A DNA stretch of 29,250 bases from Gloeobacterales cyanobacterium (GCA_038245785.1 JBBRSB010000040.1:1-29250), one strand, 5' to 3'; positions 1 through 10,638 are shown, counted from the stretch's first letter. Notes: generated from the letters alone by a model not told the origin. A program made the numbers and translations.

Positions 1-524
<524 letters not shown>

Positions 525-659
525 GAATTCGAACTGTTCAGACATATCAAGAACATTTTATTGTTCAAGAATCATCTTCGTTTTTGTCCACAAGTCTATA
601 ATTTCTTAAAGAAATGTGGTAAGTTATTGACGAGATTACTTGGCTTTCAAACTTTTTTA

Positions 660-672
660 CTTTTCAAGGTCC
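660..672 (-). promoter_or_regulatory. boxA-like antitermination element in the rrn leader
   Basis: Minus strand GGACCTTGAAAAG resembles the cyanobacterial rrn boxA (GAACCTTGAAAAC) and lies between the promoter and the 16S gene. Confidence 0.65.
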
Positions 673-722
673 GGTGGCTTTCAGTTCGTTTCGCTTTCGC
701 GTCTCGTTCTTTCGGCTTGACT

Positions 723-752
723 AAGGTAGCAAGGTTGCACCGGATAAGTCAA
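723..752 (-). promoter_or_regulatory. rRNA operon sigma70-type promoter
   Basis: Minus strand TTGACT-N18-TACCTT with an extended TG and an A/T-rich upstream tract, about 200 nt ahead of the 16S gene. Confidence 0.75.
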
Positions 753-906
753 CCCCTTTTTCAAAAATAATTTCAGAATTTTCCAGAACGCTCTCCTGGA
801 AGGCTTTAGAGCCTGGAAATAAATATTATACGGAAAGCTACAATCAGTATTTAAGACTTCTGAAGGTTCCACGGGTATCCTTATGGCCTCCCAGAAAAAT
901 TTTCAG

Positions 907-935
907 TTGACAGAGGCTCCCTGTTCTGTGATTCT
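907..935 (+). promoter_or_regulatory. probable tRNA-Phe promoter
   Basis: TTGACA-N17-GATTCT with an extended TG, about 85 nt upstream of the tRNA and divergent from the rrn promoter. Confidence 0.5.
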
Positions 936-1021
936 GGAATACGCGCTTCTGAGAAGCATTACCTCTATCCCTATCCCCTATGCATACATGTATGTATAGG
1001 GAAGACAGTAGAGAACTCCAA

Positions 1022-1094
<73 letters not shown>

Positions 1095-1848
1095 CATCTT
1101 TTTTCAGATACTATTTATAAGGATTTCAGCAAGATGAGCTGCTCTGCTCTTAAAGCGTCGGGTGAGTGCTGCTATAGAGAAAGAGCCATTACTTGGTAGC
1201 ATCCATTGCCGGTGTCCGCGCCAACTAATGGCCTGACAGCGGACTGGCGGTATGGTCGGCACACTCAACTGAAAATTTTGTGACAGCTCTCAGTACTGCA
1301 GATTGCTTCCCAAGACCGCGCTTGAGTTTTCTTGCTTCATCGGGACAACTATCCGTTCCCCTTCACAGGCTTCAGCGACGTATCTCACTGTTGCTATTTA
1401 TTTTTTCTGAGCTATGTATAAGTGTCGAGGGCTTGTCAGCTGCGTTTGAAGGAGGGCATAGCTATCGCTCCCAACACCATAGCTTGCTGACCATGAGGTG
1501 GCCTCTGAGCTGGTTCCCTAAAGCTCCGACGGTGAGCACGTGTGTCTGGCAGGCGAAGCCGAGAGCTACGCTTACAGCCGTGTCCAGCAAAGGTACTGCG
1601 CTCCGTAGAAGGTACCTGGCAACGTCCTTTCTAAATAGCGCTACGCGCAAGGGACCTTGTAGCTGCGTTGTTCGCGTAAGCCTGTTGCCCACAGGTAGGA
1701 GCATTGACATACAGCGCCCCGTAGGGGCATTGAGGCGGTAGGCGAAGCCGAGAACCGCCATGCAGAAGGGTGGCAAAGGGGAATTCCGCGTGTTAAGCCA
1801 AAAGCGACTGGTTTATCATATCCAGTGAATTCATATCAGAAAGTCACT

Positions 1849-1876
1849 AAGAATGAAAATCTAGATTTTCATTCTT
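1849..1876. repeat. perfect 28-bp palindrome, possible terminator or protein site downstream of the polysaccharide cluster
   Basis: AAGAATGAAAATCTAGATTTTCATTCTT is its own reverse complement and lies about 80 nt past the GT4 stop. Confidence 0.6.
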
Positions 1877-1954
1877 TTAGAGGGGTTCAATATTTTATTC
1901 TCAAGTTGTTAAAAAATATATTTTAGAGTTTTTGTAAAATTGCCTTGCCTTCTT

Positions 1955-3136
1955 TCATAAAAGGTTTCCCGGAAGCAATTCACAATATAACTGCACCGTA
2001 TTACTCACCATAGAGGCCCTCTGAAATTTCTCGTGCCAGCGTTTACGGCCTGCCTGTCCCATACCATTACGCAGATGCACATCAGATAAAAGTTGATGAA
2101 GAGCTCTTACATACCCATCAATATTATCCAATTGAATAAGGAAACCAGTCTCAGCATCTTCAACAAGGTCAGTGGAGCCAGTAACATCACTAAGAATACA
2201 AGGCAGTCCTGCACGCATAGCTTCAATAGGAGCATAGCTGAGGGCCTCATAGTCTGAGGCAAGTAAAAAAACATCCAATGATAAGAGAGCTCTATCAACG
2301 TTATCCAGCCAACCTGTTATTCGCACCTTTTCAGCCAAACCTTTTATAACAATTAGTTGCTCAATTTCCTCACGCATTTCTCCATCCCCTATCCACACAA
2401 AACGAGCCTCAGGAAATTTTGCTAAAGTCTGTTCGGCAATCTGGACGAAACGATGGGGAGCTTTTTGCAGGGTAAGACGACCAACTGTACCTACAACATA
2501 GGTTTCATCTTTATGAGCAACAGGGTGATCATTTGATGAATATCGGTACTCCATATCAGAAACACCATGATTAATCACATGCACCTTTTCTTTAGGACAA
2601 ATCCTGTTGATTATCAATTCATTTTTTTCGCTTTTGCTAACAGCAATGATGGCATCACTCATCATCCATCCGGCTAAGACTTCCAGCATATGATATGAAG
2701 CTGATAACCGAAAAGGACTGGAGTGGGGTGTATAAACCGACTGCATTCTACTAGAGAACATAGAAGCTAATCTACCTACATAACCAGCCTTTGCACTGTG
2801 TGTGTGAATAATATCAATTTGGTAATTCTTAGCGTATTGTGCTACCTGCAAAACAGCGCCGATATCACTTTTCAGGCTAATTGACCTAGCCATATCACAT
2901 TGAAAGCACTTGACACCAGCAGATTCAAGAGATCTCAAAGCTGGTTCAAACTTGGAATCTGCTCGACGAAGGGAATATCCCAAATGAAGCTCTATATCAT
3001 CGGCATAGTCTTGATTTAAACCACTTAGCAAATCATTAATATGACGCCCTGTGCCACCCAGAGTTGCTTCCAATAGATGAAGAACTCGGATTTGCTTGTG
3101 ATCATAAGTAGATCTAAAAAAATCTGTTTTTCTCAT
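1955..3136 (-). CDS. glycosyltransferase family 4 (GT-B)
   Basis: 393 aa. N-terminal LHLLEATLGGTGRH, IIHTHSAKAG, VGRLTLQKAP and the EX7E motif (YEALSYAPIEAMRAGLP). Confidence 0.92.
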   Translation of the reverse strand: MRKTDFFRSTYDHKQIRVLHLLEATLGGTGRHINDLLSGLNQDYADDIELHLGYSLRRADSKFEPALRSLESAGVKCFQCDMARSISLKSDIGAVLQVAQYAKNYQIDIIHTHSAKAGYVGRLASMFSSRMQSVYTPHSSPFRLSASYHMLEVLAGWMMSDAIIAVSKSEKNELIINRICPKEKVHVINHGVSDMEYRYSSNDHPVAHKDETYVVGTVGRLTLQKAPHRFVQIAEQTLAKFPEARFVWIGDGEMREEIEQLIVIKGLAEKVRITGWLDNVDRALLSLDVFLLASDYEALSYAPIEAMRAGLPCILSDVTGSTDLVEDAETGFLIQLDNIDGYVRALHQLLSDVHLRNGMGQAGRKRWHEKFQRASMVSNTVQLYCELLPGNLL

Positions 3137-3456
3137 TTTTTACTCCGGTTAATTTGGATGAGATATTGAATCTTAAGGTCACTTTTAAAACTCTATGGAA
3201 TACAAGAAATTAGGGATTAATAGGATCTTTAAAAGAAACAGCCAAAGCGAGGCTTAGATTAGAATCTAGCCATAGATATCCATTTTTATTTCACGATCGG
3301 CTAATTTAAGAAAGCCTTACCGTGCCCTGCCTCTTCATAGATATACAGGTAGGCAATAGAAATGAATAAGATTACCATTTCCAGCGAATGCAAATATAGC
3401 TCGACTCCAATCATGAGGCGAACAAAATCAGATAAACTTATACTTTCTCTATTTTA

Positions 3457-4788
3457 TTATTTACTAATAGTCAGAAAGTATGCTTCATGCACACCAAAAG
3501 AAGGAATCAAAGTTTGTGCTTGACCATTAGAAATAGTTAGCTTTTCCCTTTTAGCTACAATCAAAACCTTAACTGCTTTTTCTTGAGAATCAGATAGTCT
3601 ACAAAGTTCCAAATAAACCTTATTTTTATTTCCTTTTAAACCTAGAGTTTGAAGGTTTTGAAATTTCAATGTAATAGATTTTGAGGTGGGGGAGCCATGA
3701 TAATTTGAGTATCCTAAAAGCACTTGAGCTTTTTGACTACCTTTGTCTTTGCTAGCAAGAGCAACAACCTGTGAATCAGTTGATTGACTTTTCACACGAG
3801 AATCAACACCATCTGCATATATTTTATAAACCCACCAAGCAGCTCTTGGTTCAAATGATGTTGGGGTAAGCAAGCCATCAAGAGTATTATTGAAGCAATT
3901 TTCAGAAGATTGCGAATCTGGCCAACACGCTTTGCTAGCTGCATCTGCTCTTCCTTTTTCTAGATAGTACAGATAGCTAACAATATCTCCAGGTTGATAT
4001 TGGGTTAAGTAACCAACAGATTCATTAATGTGAATTTCTTTGATGTTGAGGTTCTTATACACAGGGTTATTTATGAAATTCTTCCGAGCATCAAGTAAAT
4101 GGTCTGCAATGATAGAAGGGTTTTTGTCAGCACCTACTAGTTCATGCCAAGACAAAAAGTTGACTTCAAGATTGTGAGCTTTACAGTACTCTAAAAAAGC
4201 AACAATGTAATCTCGGTCGTACTCTGCCGTGCTCGGCCCACCAACTAAGGCATTCGGCCCCAGTTCTTCTCGCAATACTATATAAGCCCGTCCGTATGTT
4301 TCGAAAAGTTGCTCCCTACTTCCTTTCCAGAAAGCAGGTTCACCGCCGTTTGGCTCATTCCAAATATCCCAGAGGATTTGCTTACCTTTGTTCTCTCTTG
4401 CAAGCTTACGAACATGATTTTCCCATTTCGTGTAGTTTTCATAGGGAGATCTGTTTGTATTGTCTTTTTGAAAGGGGTAACCCCAAGTATCGCTAACGAT
4501 GACTTCTAATCGCCCTCCTGCACGTACTGCACGTTCGTACATATCTGGAGTTCCTCGCCAAAGCTTAGGCCGCAAGGGGTCCACCATTTTATCCGGTGGC
4601 TGCGTCATATTTGTAGAGCTAGCCCCATGCAAGAAACCACTAACAGAGCGTATTCCTAATTCCTGAGCAGCAAAATCAACGGTCACTGTTGCCTTATTCT
4701 GCTGAGCATAGGATACAGACTGGCCATGAGCAGCTGAGGACAGTAACAAAGCTAAACTCAGAGAAAGAGCAGGAAGATGTTTTTGCAT
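3457..4788 (-). CDS. exported clan GH-A glycoside hydrolase, GH39-like
   Basis: 443 aa. Signal peptide (MQKHLPALSLSLALLLSSAAHG), WDIWNEPN acid/base motif, VGGPS, FLSWH and the IHINES nucleophile region. Confidence 0.78.
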   Translation of the reverse strand: MQKHLPALSLSLALLLSSAAHGQSVSYAQQNKATVTVDFAAQELGIRSVSGFLHGASSTNMTQPPDKMVDPLRPKLWRGTPDMYERAVRAGGRLEVIVSDTWGYPFQKDNTNRSPYENYTKWENHVRKLARENKGKQILWDIWNEPNGGEPAFWKGSREQLFETYGRAYIVLREELGPNALVGGPSTAEYDRDYIVAFLEYCKAHNLEVNFLSWHELVGADKNPSIIADHLLDARKNFINNPVYKNLNIKEIHINESVGYLTQYQPGDIVSYLYYLEKGRADAASKACWPDSQSSENCFNNTLDGLLTPTSFEPRAAWWVYKIYADGVDSRVKSQSTDSQVVALASKDKGSQKAQVLLGYSNYHGSPTSKSITLKFQNLQTLGLKGNKNKVYLELCRLSDSQEKAVKVLIVAKREKLTISNGQAQTLIPSFGVHEAYFLTISK

Positions 4789-4822
4789 GATATTTATCAG
4801 TTACTAAGGATGATGCCCTTTT

Positions 4823-6070
4823 TTAGCATTGAAGTATCTGCTTGTAGACCTCTTGTAACTGGAGCACATGCCGTTCAGGGGTAAGTGGATTGGACCAGTA
4901 GTGCTCATAAGCGGCTAAACCCATCTGGGCAGCTAATTGAGGTTCCTGAAATTTGGCCATTTTCTGAACAAGATCGTCTACATTTCCCCCTTTAAACCAG
5001 AAACCAGTAACCCCATTTACCACCTTTTCTCTCGCTGCACAAGTATCGGGAACGATAGCAGGTATACCACGAGCAGCAGCTTCAGCCACAACCAGGGGCT
5101 GAACTTCGTACCACAGCGAAGGCAACACCAGGACACGAGCCTGATTCAGATAGTTCACAGCTTCTTTAGGCTCTACCCAACCTGTAACCCTTGCCTTAGG
5201 GTTTATTTCGAGTAGAGCTTCACGGCAATCGCCGTCACCAATAAAAAGCGCTTCTACTTGCAGTCGTTGGGCTGCTTCTGCAAAAAGAAGGGGGCCTTTT
5301 TCTTTAGCAAGACGGCCTAAAAAGGTGAAAGCCGTGTTTTCCTGAACAGAGACAGGAGGAGCTTTTACAACACTAATAGGACTTTCAACAGTATAGATAG
5401 TCGCACCATCCGGAAGAAATGGTTCTAGGACCGAGCGACTGAGTTCTGAGTAGATAATAAAATGTCTTAAGCCCGCAGGCAGCATTCCATAATTATTTTG
5501 GACAAGATGACGCCCAATTCTCCAGACTTTGTGAGCATACTTGCGCGTGTCACAGTTTTCTTGAATACACTGCATACCTAGAGGCTTTAAGGTACATATT
5601 TCCTGTTTCGGATGATTGAAAAAAGTTCCAATAGGACAGGCAATCAGGTAGTCATGTAAGGTTAAAACAACTTCAAAGTTTCTCCGCAGGGCTGCTCGAA
5701 TTACACTGGTAGATAGCGCTTTTGACCAAGTGTGAATATGGATAATCGTACGCTTAGGATTCAAACTTTTAAGCAGATCTTCCATCGTTTGTCCAGCCTG
5801 AGCATTCCAAATTCCCTGGGTCATCGCTCTCAGGCGATTGGGGTCATTAAGAATTTCATATTGCTGTGTACATACAATGCTCAAATTTTCCTGTGCTAAG
5901 AGTTCTGGCATCACAGGAGCCACAGCTGAAAACACCGTAACCTTATGACCACGTTTTGCTAAGGCTAAAGCACTGGACAGTCCTATCCAGCCAGCTCCTC
6001 CGTTAGCGTGGGCATTATCATTGACGATGACAATATCCAGGAATTCTGTAAGTCTACTGGTAGATACCAT
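4823..6070 (-). CDS. glycosyltransferase family 4
   Basis: GRLAKEKG and LVLPSLWYEVQPLVVAEAAARGIP (EX7E). Start moved from 6118 to the ATG at 6070 (MVSTSRL), which overlaps the GT2 stop by 17 nt. Confidence 0.9.
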   Translation of the reverse strand: MVSTSRLTEFLDIVIVNDNAHANGGAGWIGLSSALALAKRGHKVTVFSAVAPVMPELLAQENLSIVCTQQYEILNDPNRLRAMTQGIWNAQAGQTMEDLLKSLNPKRTIIHIHTWSKALSTSVIRAALRRNFEVVLTLHDYLIACPIGTFFNHPKQEICTLKPLGMQCIQENCDTRKYAHKVWRIGRHLVQNNYGMLPAGLRHFIIYSELSRSVLEPFLPDGATIYTVESPISVVKAPPVSVQENTAFTFLGRLAKEKGPLLFAEAAQRLQVEALFIGDGDCREALLEINPKARVTGWVEPKEAVNYLNQARVLVLPSLWYEVQPLVVAEAAARGIPAIVPDTCAAREKVVNGVTGFWFKGGNVDDLVQKMAKFQEPQLAAQMGLAAYEHYWSNPLTPERHVLQLQEVYKQILQC

Positions 6071-7061
6071 AGTCTCTCTTAAAGAATGCGAGTGTACCAA
6101 CAGCAATCCCTCTAGCAAGACTCATTTTACCAAGCAGCAGAGCGTAGGCAAGTCTAAGTAATGCATTTAGAAAAGTAAATGAGAACTGCAGGTTGCCTAT
6201 CTTGCAGCTGCTGTAGAGAATATTTCTTGTGTAATAGTATGAGTGGAGGAATGAACTTTTACCTTGGGTCGCTGATACTTTATGCCATATAGAACCTGCG
6301 ACTAAAAATGGAGAAACAGCTGGGTTCTGTTTTTGAAATTCAACCTTATAAAAGTATGTGTACTCTAAATCTTCTGCATTCAAGAAATATTCTTCAAGGA
6401 TAAGACCTAGGCTTTCTAATCGTTTCCTTGTCAGCAATAGTGAAGCACCTGAAAGATAGTCAACCTTGTTGATATCTTTTTCAAAATCTGGTCTGATAGC
6501 CAAAAACTTAGTCACATAAAGACCACCTACCATCTCTAAAGTATCTGGAGAAAAGTAATTGTAATGGTAGGATCCAATCGGTCTTTCATAGGAGTCATCA
6601 GTAGATACTTTAATCATCTCGGAAAGGGCATCTACAGCAACCACTAGATCATTATTTAAAATCCAAACGTACTCAAATTCAGGCCTTGCCAAAACATAGC
6701 GCAGGCCAACATTGTTACCTCCAGCATAACCAAGATTATCTCCTGTCTTAATGATAACAAGCTGCGCATTATCAGCGCGAGAATCACCACCAGCTTCTGC
6801 CTCGTCTCTATTATAAATCAGGAAGTTTAGAGGCTTAGATATGAGAGATGATGAAGATCGTAGAAAGCTCTTATTTGGAGGAGTGTGGTCTAAGTTTCCT
6901 TCAGCCCAACTCCTCAAATACTCCATAGATTGATCACTTGAATTGTTGTCTGCGACAACAATTTGAAAATTTGCATAATCACTTTGAAATATGCTCTCTA
7001 GACACTCAATTGTGTCTCTCCAGCCATTCCAGTTAAGCACAACAATACAGACTTTACTCAT
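6054..7061 (-). CDS. glycosyltransferase family 2 (WbbL/rhamnosyltransferase-like)
   Basis: IVVLNWNGWRDTIECLES, DNNSSD, NLGYAGGNNVG, ILNND and EEYFLNAEDLE. The start overlaps the upstream gene's stop (ATGA). Confidence 0.92.
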   Translation of the reverse strand: MSKVCIVVLNWNGWRDTIECLESIFQSDYANFQIVVADNNSSDQSMEYLRSWAEGNLDHTPPNKSFLRSSSSLISKPLNFLIYNRDEAEAGGDSRADNAQLVIIKTGDNLGYAGGNNVGLRYVLARPEFEYVWILNNDLVVAVDALSEMIKVSTDDSYERPIGSYHYNYFSPDTLEMVGGLYVTKFLAIRPDFEKDINKVDYLSGASLLLTRKRLESLGLILEEYFLNAEDLEYTYFYKVEFQKQNPAVSPFLVAGSIWHKVSATQGKSSFLHSYYYTRNILYSSCKIGNLQFSFTFLNALLRLAYALLLGKMSLARGIAVGTLAFFKRDYGIYQ

Positions 7062-8536
7062 GCCGAGATATCACTCATCTGCTTAGTGGAAACATCTATT
7101 TCTTTCTTAGAGGTAAAGAGCACTGATGAAGAGAAAGCTAACAGGCCAAATATAAGACAGCCGTTTGGCACAGAGTATAGATCAGGCAAGAAGAAGCCAC
7201 TTACAAAGGTATTGACCAAAATACCGATCATGGAGAGAACTATAAATTTATATAGAACAGGTGAAGCTCCTTCTTTTAAATTCCACCGCAAACTACCTTG
7301 GCCTTTACGAATAATTGAAAGTGCTACATTAAAGAGCAAGCAAAAAACAATAAACTGCACGATGATTCCACGTTGAAGAATCTGTGCATACCAAACGCCT
7401 TCCAAGTGGCTCTCCCCTGCTTCGAATCGAGAAGAAACTACTCCAAAACTTCCTAAACCTCCACCGAAAGGATGGTCTGATACTTGGGCCGGGAATCCCA
7501 GAATATCTTCAAGGTGATCACTGCTGGATTTATCTGAACCACTTAGAGTGTCCGAAAAAGTGTTTTGAATAGTTCTAGAAAATTTACTGTCATAATCAGA
7601 AAGTTTACTTGATGGTGTAAAAGTTAAACTAACCAGGAGCACACCTGTCAGCAGGATAGCTAAGCTTGGAATAACTGTAAAAGCAACTGCAATACTACTG
7701 TCATTTTTACCTAAAGGTTTTGAGCCCTGCATCCTACTTATAAAGTAGTTATAAATTAGCATACTGGTAATTGAAAGGAACAGTGATAGAAAGTAATTTC
7801 TTGTCAAACCAGAGAGTAAGCCCGCGATTAGCATGATAAATAGAATCAAAGAAGTAGCTTTCAGCTTTACTTCTCTTACAGATAAGAATAGCGACCAACT
7901 AATTACCGCCAGAGTAGACATTAATTGAGCAAAAACTAAGGGACTCCCTAACCAAGCATGAGACCTAATTGCTGACCCCTTAGAACCTCTACTCAAAATC
8001 GTAACATCATCATATTTATCAATGTTAGAGATGATTCCTTTATAAGCTTCTTTAACTAAATCACCAAAGATAAATAGGCCAAATTGTTGCAAAATCCCTA
8101 GTATTGCCGCAGCGAGATAAATAGCAAAAACTATATATAGAACATTATAAAAAAACTTTCTACCTTTGAATGTATATACACTCCTCATCAAAAAGTAGGG
8201 AACATAAATCCCAACTTCTCTATATAGACCCAGGATACCTTCTTTTGCATTTCCATTCCATAAAAGGCCAAGACTAAAAAACAATACATCAATAGTAATC
8301 AGACAGAATATTAGGATATCTACTTTATGAATAACTAGATTTTTACCTCGATCTAAGAAAACTAGAATGCAGGATATAAGGGTAGCCAGTAAGAGCCATA
8401 TAGGAGTAAGAGGAATATTTTTTGTACTAGACAATACTGAAAAGCTAGGAAGCACAAGAAAAAGTGCAACTAGAATCTGACCCATAGTAGGAACAGATAA
8501 GATATTAAATTTTTGTTTTCCTGCAATCAAGGACAT
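7058..8536 (-). CDS. Wzy-like polysaccharide polymerase / O-antigen ligase family membrane protein
   Basis: 492 aa with about 10-12 hydrophobic segments, a large late loop with HPFGGGLGSFG and an SGLTR motif. Lies directly after the flippase; AT-rich. Confidence 0.75.
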   Translation of the reverse strand: MSLIAGKQKFNILSVPTMGQILVALFLVLPSFSVLSSTKNIPLTPIWLLLATLISCILVFLDRGKNLVIHKVDILIFCLITIDVLFFSLGLLWNGNAKEGILGLYREVGIYVPYFLMRSVYTFKGRKFFYNVLYIVFAIYLAAAILGILQQFGLFIFGDLVKEAYKGIISNIDKYDDVTILSRGSKGSAIRSHAWLGSPLVFAQLMSTLAVISWSLFLSVREVKLKATSLILFIMLIAGLLSGLTRNYFLSLFLSITSMLIYNYFISRMQGSKPLGKNDSSIAVAFTVIPSLAILLTGVLLVSLTFTPSSKLSDYDSKFSRTIQNTFSDTLSGSDKSSSDHLEDILGFPAQVSDHPFGGGLGSFGVVSSRFEAGESHLEGVWYAQILQRGIIVQFIVFCLLFNVALSIIRKGQGSLRWNLKEGASPVLYKFIVLSMIGILVNTFVSGFFLPDLYSVPNGCLIFGLLAFSSSVLFTSKKEIDVSTKQMSDISA

Positions 8537-8591
8537 AGCGCTTATGCCAACTTAGAGATAAAAATCTTTATAGAGAGACCCTTAAACGAGG

Positions 8592-9941
8592 TCAAGACCG
8601 GCCTAAGAAAGGGAGAGGCCAAATCTTTAAATTTGACCACACTAAATATACAGAGATGCAATTCATCATAGTCAGACTGGTAGTAGTTGCTATCGCTGCT
8701 CCAGTTAAACCAAAAGCTGGGATCAGCACAGAACATAATAAGACATTCACAATAGCCGTAATCGCAATGTTGTTTCTAATTGCTTTCTCATGCCCTGTCA
8801 TGATAAGCAGCTGTCCGACAGCACCCGTGGCCACTTCAACAAATTGCCCAATAGTAAGGATAGTGAGAATGGGTGCTCCTACAATAAACTGTTCACCAAA
8901 TATTCCCATTACCGAACGAGGTGCCAGAATAAAAATCAAGGAAATAGGGGCGGCCAATAGAGCTGTCAGCTTCGCACAACCTCTGACCAGAAAACCCAGG
9001 GCATCAAAATCACCCTGCTTAAACATCGCTGAAAATTTTGGGGTCACAATGCTATTCGTAGCAGCAGAAGCAAAAATCATTACCGTTGATGTTTTATAGG
9101 CGGCATTATAGATACCCACATCAGCAGCATTTTCCCAGAGGCCTAACAGAAAAGTTGGTGTCCACATAACCACTTGGCTAATAACAGTAAACCAAAACAG
9201 GGGTAGACTACTCCGTAACAGTTCACGGGTGTCAAAATATCCTACAACGCCCCGTAGTTGCGGAACTCTTATCCATAGCGCCCACACTCCAGCCAAAGCC
9301 GTTATCGCTGTTGCAGCCGTATATACCCAAACCGCACCGTTTACACCCCCTTGTTGTCCGAGTAGATAAAGACCGATCACAGACAAGGTTGATACGCAAA
9401 CCATCTCTACCATCGAGGACTCAAGGATAAGTTTAAAACCCTTAAGAACCTGCGCCTGCAGCAGGTATACCGTCATCGGAATAACCGCTAGAGACATCCA
9501 ACGCAAGGGCTCGGTGAGCTTTGGTTGACCAAGTATGGATTCAGATAGCCAGGGAGCTGCTACAAACATCACCACCATGGAAAAGGCAGAAGCAGCGATC
9601 GCCAGCCGCATTCCCTTTTGATAAACCCCTTTGACCTGTACCCAATCTCCAGTCGCAACATGAGCGGCAATAAAACGAACCAGAGAATACTCCAATCCCA
9701 TGCGCCCAAAAACAGTGGCCATCGTAGTCGCAGTAAAGGCCAGGGTATAGATTCCCATATCCTCCGCACCCAACAACCTAGCCAGGAGAACATTGAAGCT
9801 GAAAGTCATCCCAGCCCCAAAGAGCTTTAGGACAAAAGCAACAGAAGCACCCTGAACTATCTCTCGGTAGCGATGATCTAGTTTGCTGATGAGTTTTTCA
9901 ATAAGAGGAAATTTCACATCAACCTTGTTGGCTGAGTCCAC
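8592..9941 (-). CDS. Wzx-type polysaccharide flippase (MOP superfamily)
   Basis: 449 aa polytopic protein with LARLLGAEDMGIY, VGIYNAAYK and LIPAFGLTGAAIAT. GTG start with AGGA/GGGAGG upstream; the exact start is uncertain. Confidence 0.9.
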   Translation of the reverse strand: MDSANKVDVKFPLIEKLISKLDHRYREIVQGASVAFVLKLFGAGMTFSFNVLLARLLGAEDMGIYTLAFTATTMATVFGRMGLEYSLVRFIAAHVATGDWVQVKGVYQKGMRLAIAASAFSMVVMFVAAPWLSESILGQPKLTEPLRWMSLAVIPMTVYLLQAQVLKGFKLILESSMVEMVCVSTLSVIGLYLLGQQGGVNGAVWVYTAATAITALAGVWALWIRVPQLRGVVGYFDTRELLRSSLPLFWFTVISQVVMWTPTFLLGLWENAADVGIYNAAYKTSTVMIFASAATNSIVTPKFSAMFKQGDFDALGFLVRGCAKLTALLAAPISLIFILAPRSVMGIFGEQFIVGAPILTILTIGQFVEVATGAVGQLLIMTGHEKAIRNNIAITAIVNVLLCSVLIPAFGLTGAAIATTTSLTMMNCISVYLVWSNLKIWPLPFLGRS

Positions 9942-10561
9942 AAGGAGCCGACTTCTGGGCCATAAGAATTCCCTCCCGATCGTATGACCACAATAAGACC
10001 TGTGTCAATTCGGTTTAGCCCTCTCCGCTCTCTTTGAGTTGTATTTTATTTCATACTGAATTTTATTCTTTAAATTGTGTCATACCAGAGTCAAGGCTTG
10101 ATAACAGAACACAGGTTTATGTGCCTTGGAAATGCCTCCCTGAAGAGACATAGGAGAAGAGAACAAGCAATTTTTAGACGATAATGATTAGTCAGAGCTT
10201 CTTATCTGAATCCAATCCTCTACGTGTTTTTGCGTGCCTGCATACTGATATACTACCTTCTAAATGTCCTGTATCTTGGCCTTCATTAAACTGCTCAGGA
10301 GAAGGTTGCAATGGAGAGACTGAGATCAAGAAGACCATCTAAGTTCTCTCCATGAAGTACAAGAACTTCGAGGAATATTCACTTTTCGCGTAATACAGAT
10401 TAATCGAGAATACCTTACTGATGCTGTCCCTTTTAATACAAAGCGCTAAACTAAACGGACACTAGTGAATACACTTAGAGAAACAATTTGTCTTGAGTAA
10501 CTTTACGTTGGACTGCAACTAAGCTGTAGCTATACTCTGGACCCTGCAAGAATTAGTCATC

Positions 10562-10600
10562 GCGGAGAATCCCTATAGGGATTCAACTTGAATTCTCCGC
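10562..10600. terminator. nested inverted repeats downstream of the TDO-like gene
   Basis: GCGGAGAAT...ATTCTCCGC (10562-10570 / 10592-10600) overlaps a perfect 18-bp palindrome GAATCCCTATAGGGATTC (10567-10584). No clear U-tract. Confidence 0.4.
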
Positions 10601-10638
10601 ATTGAGACACTTAGAACCACTTAGTTATTCTTACTGCT

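Noticed and set aside
1280..1776. 153-aa and 104-aa ORFs after the tRNA
   Set aside because: No recognisable motifs, atypical composition, and explained by a GC-rich hairpin tract.
1450..1800. Group II intron, HEARO/omegaRNA or retron ncRNA
   Set aside because: No domain V motif, no GTGCG 5' end, and no reverse transcriptase, IscB or TnpB gene nearby.
3301..3414. 37-codon minus-strand ORF (MIGVELYLHSLEMVILFISIAYLYIYEEAGHGKAFLN) between the GH and GT4 genes
   Set aside because: Short, no clear RBS, and expected by chance in AT-rich DNA.
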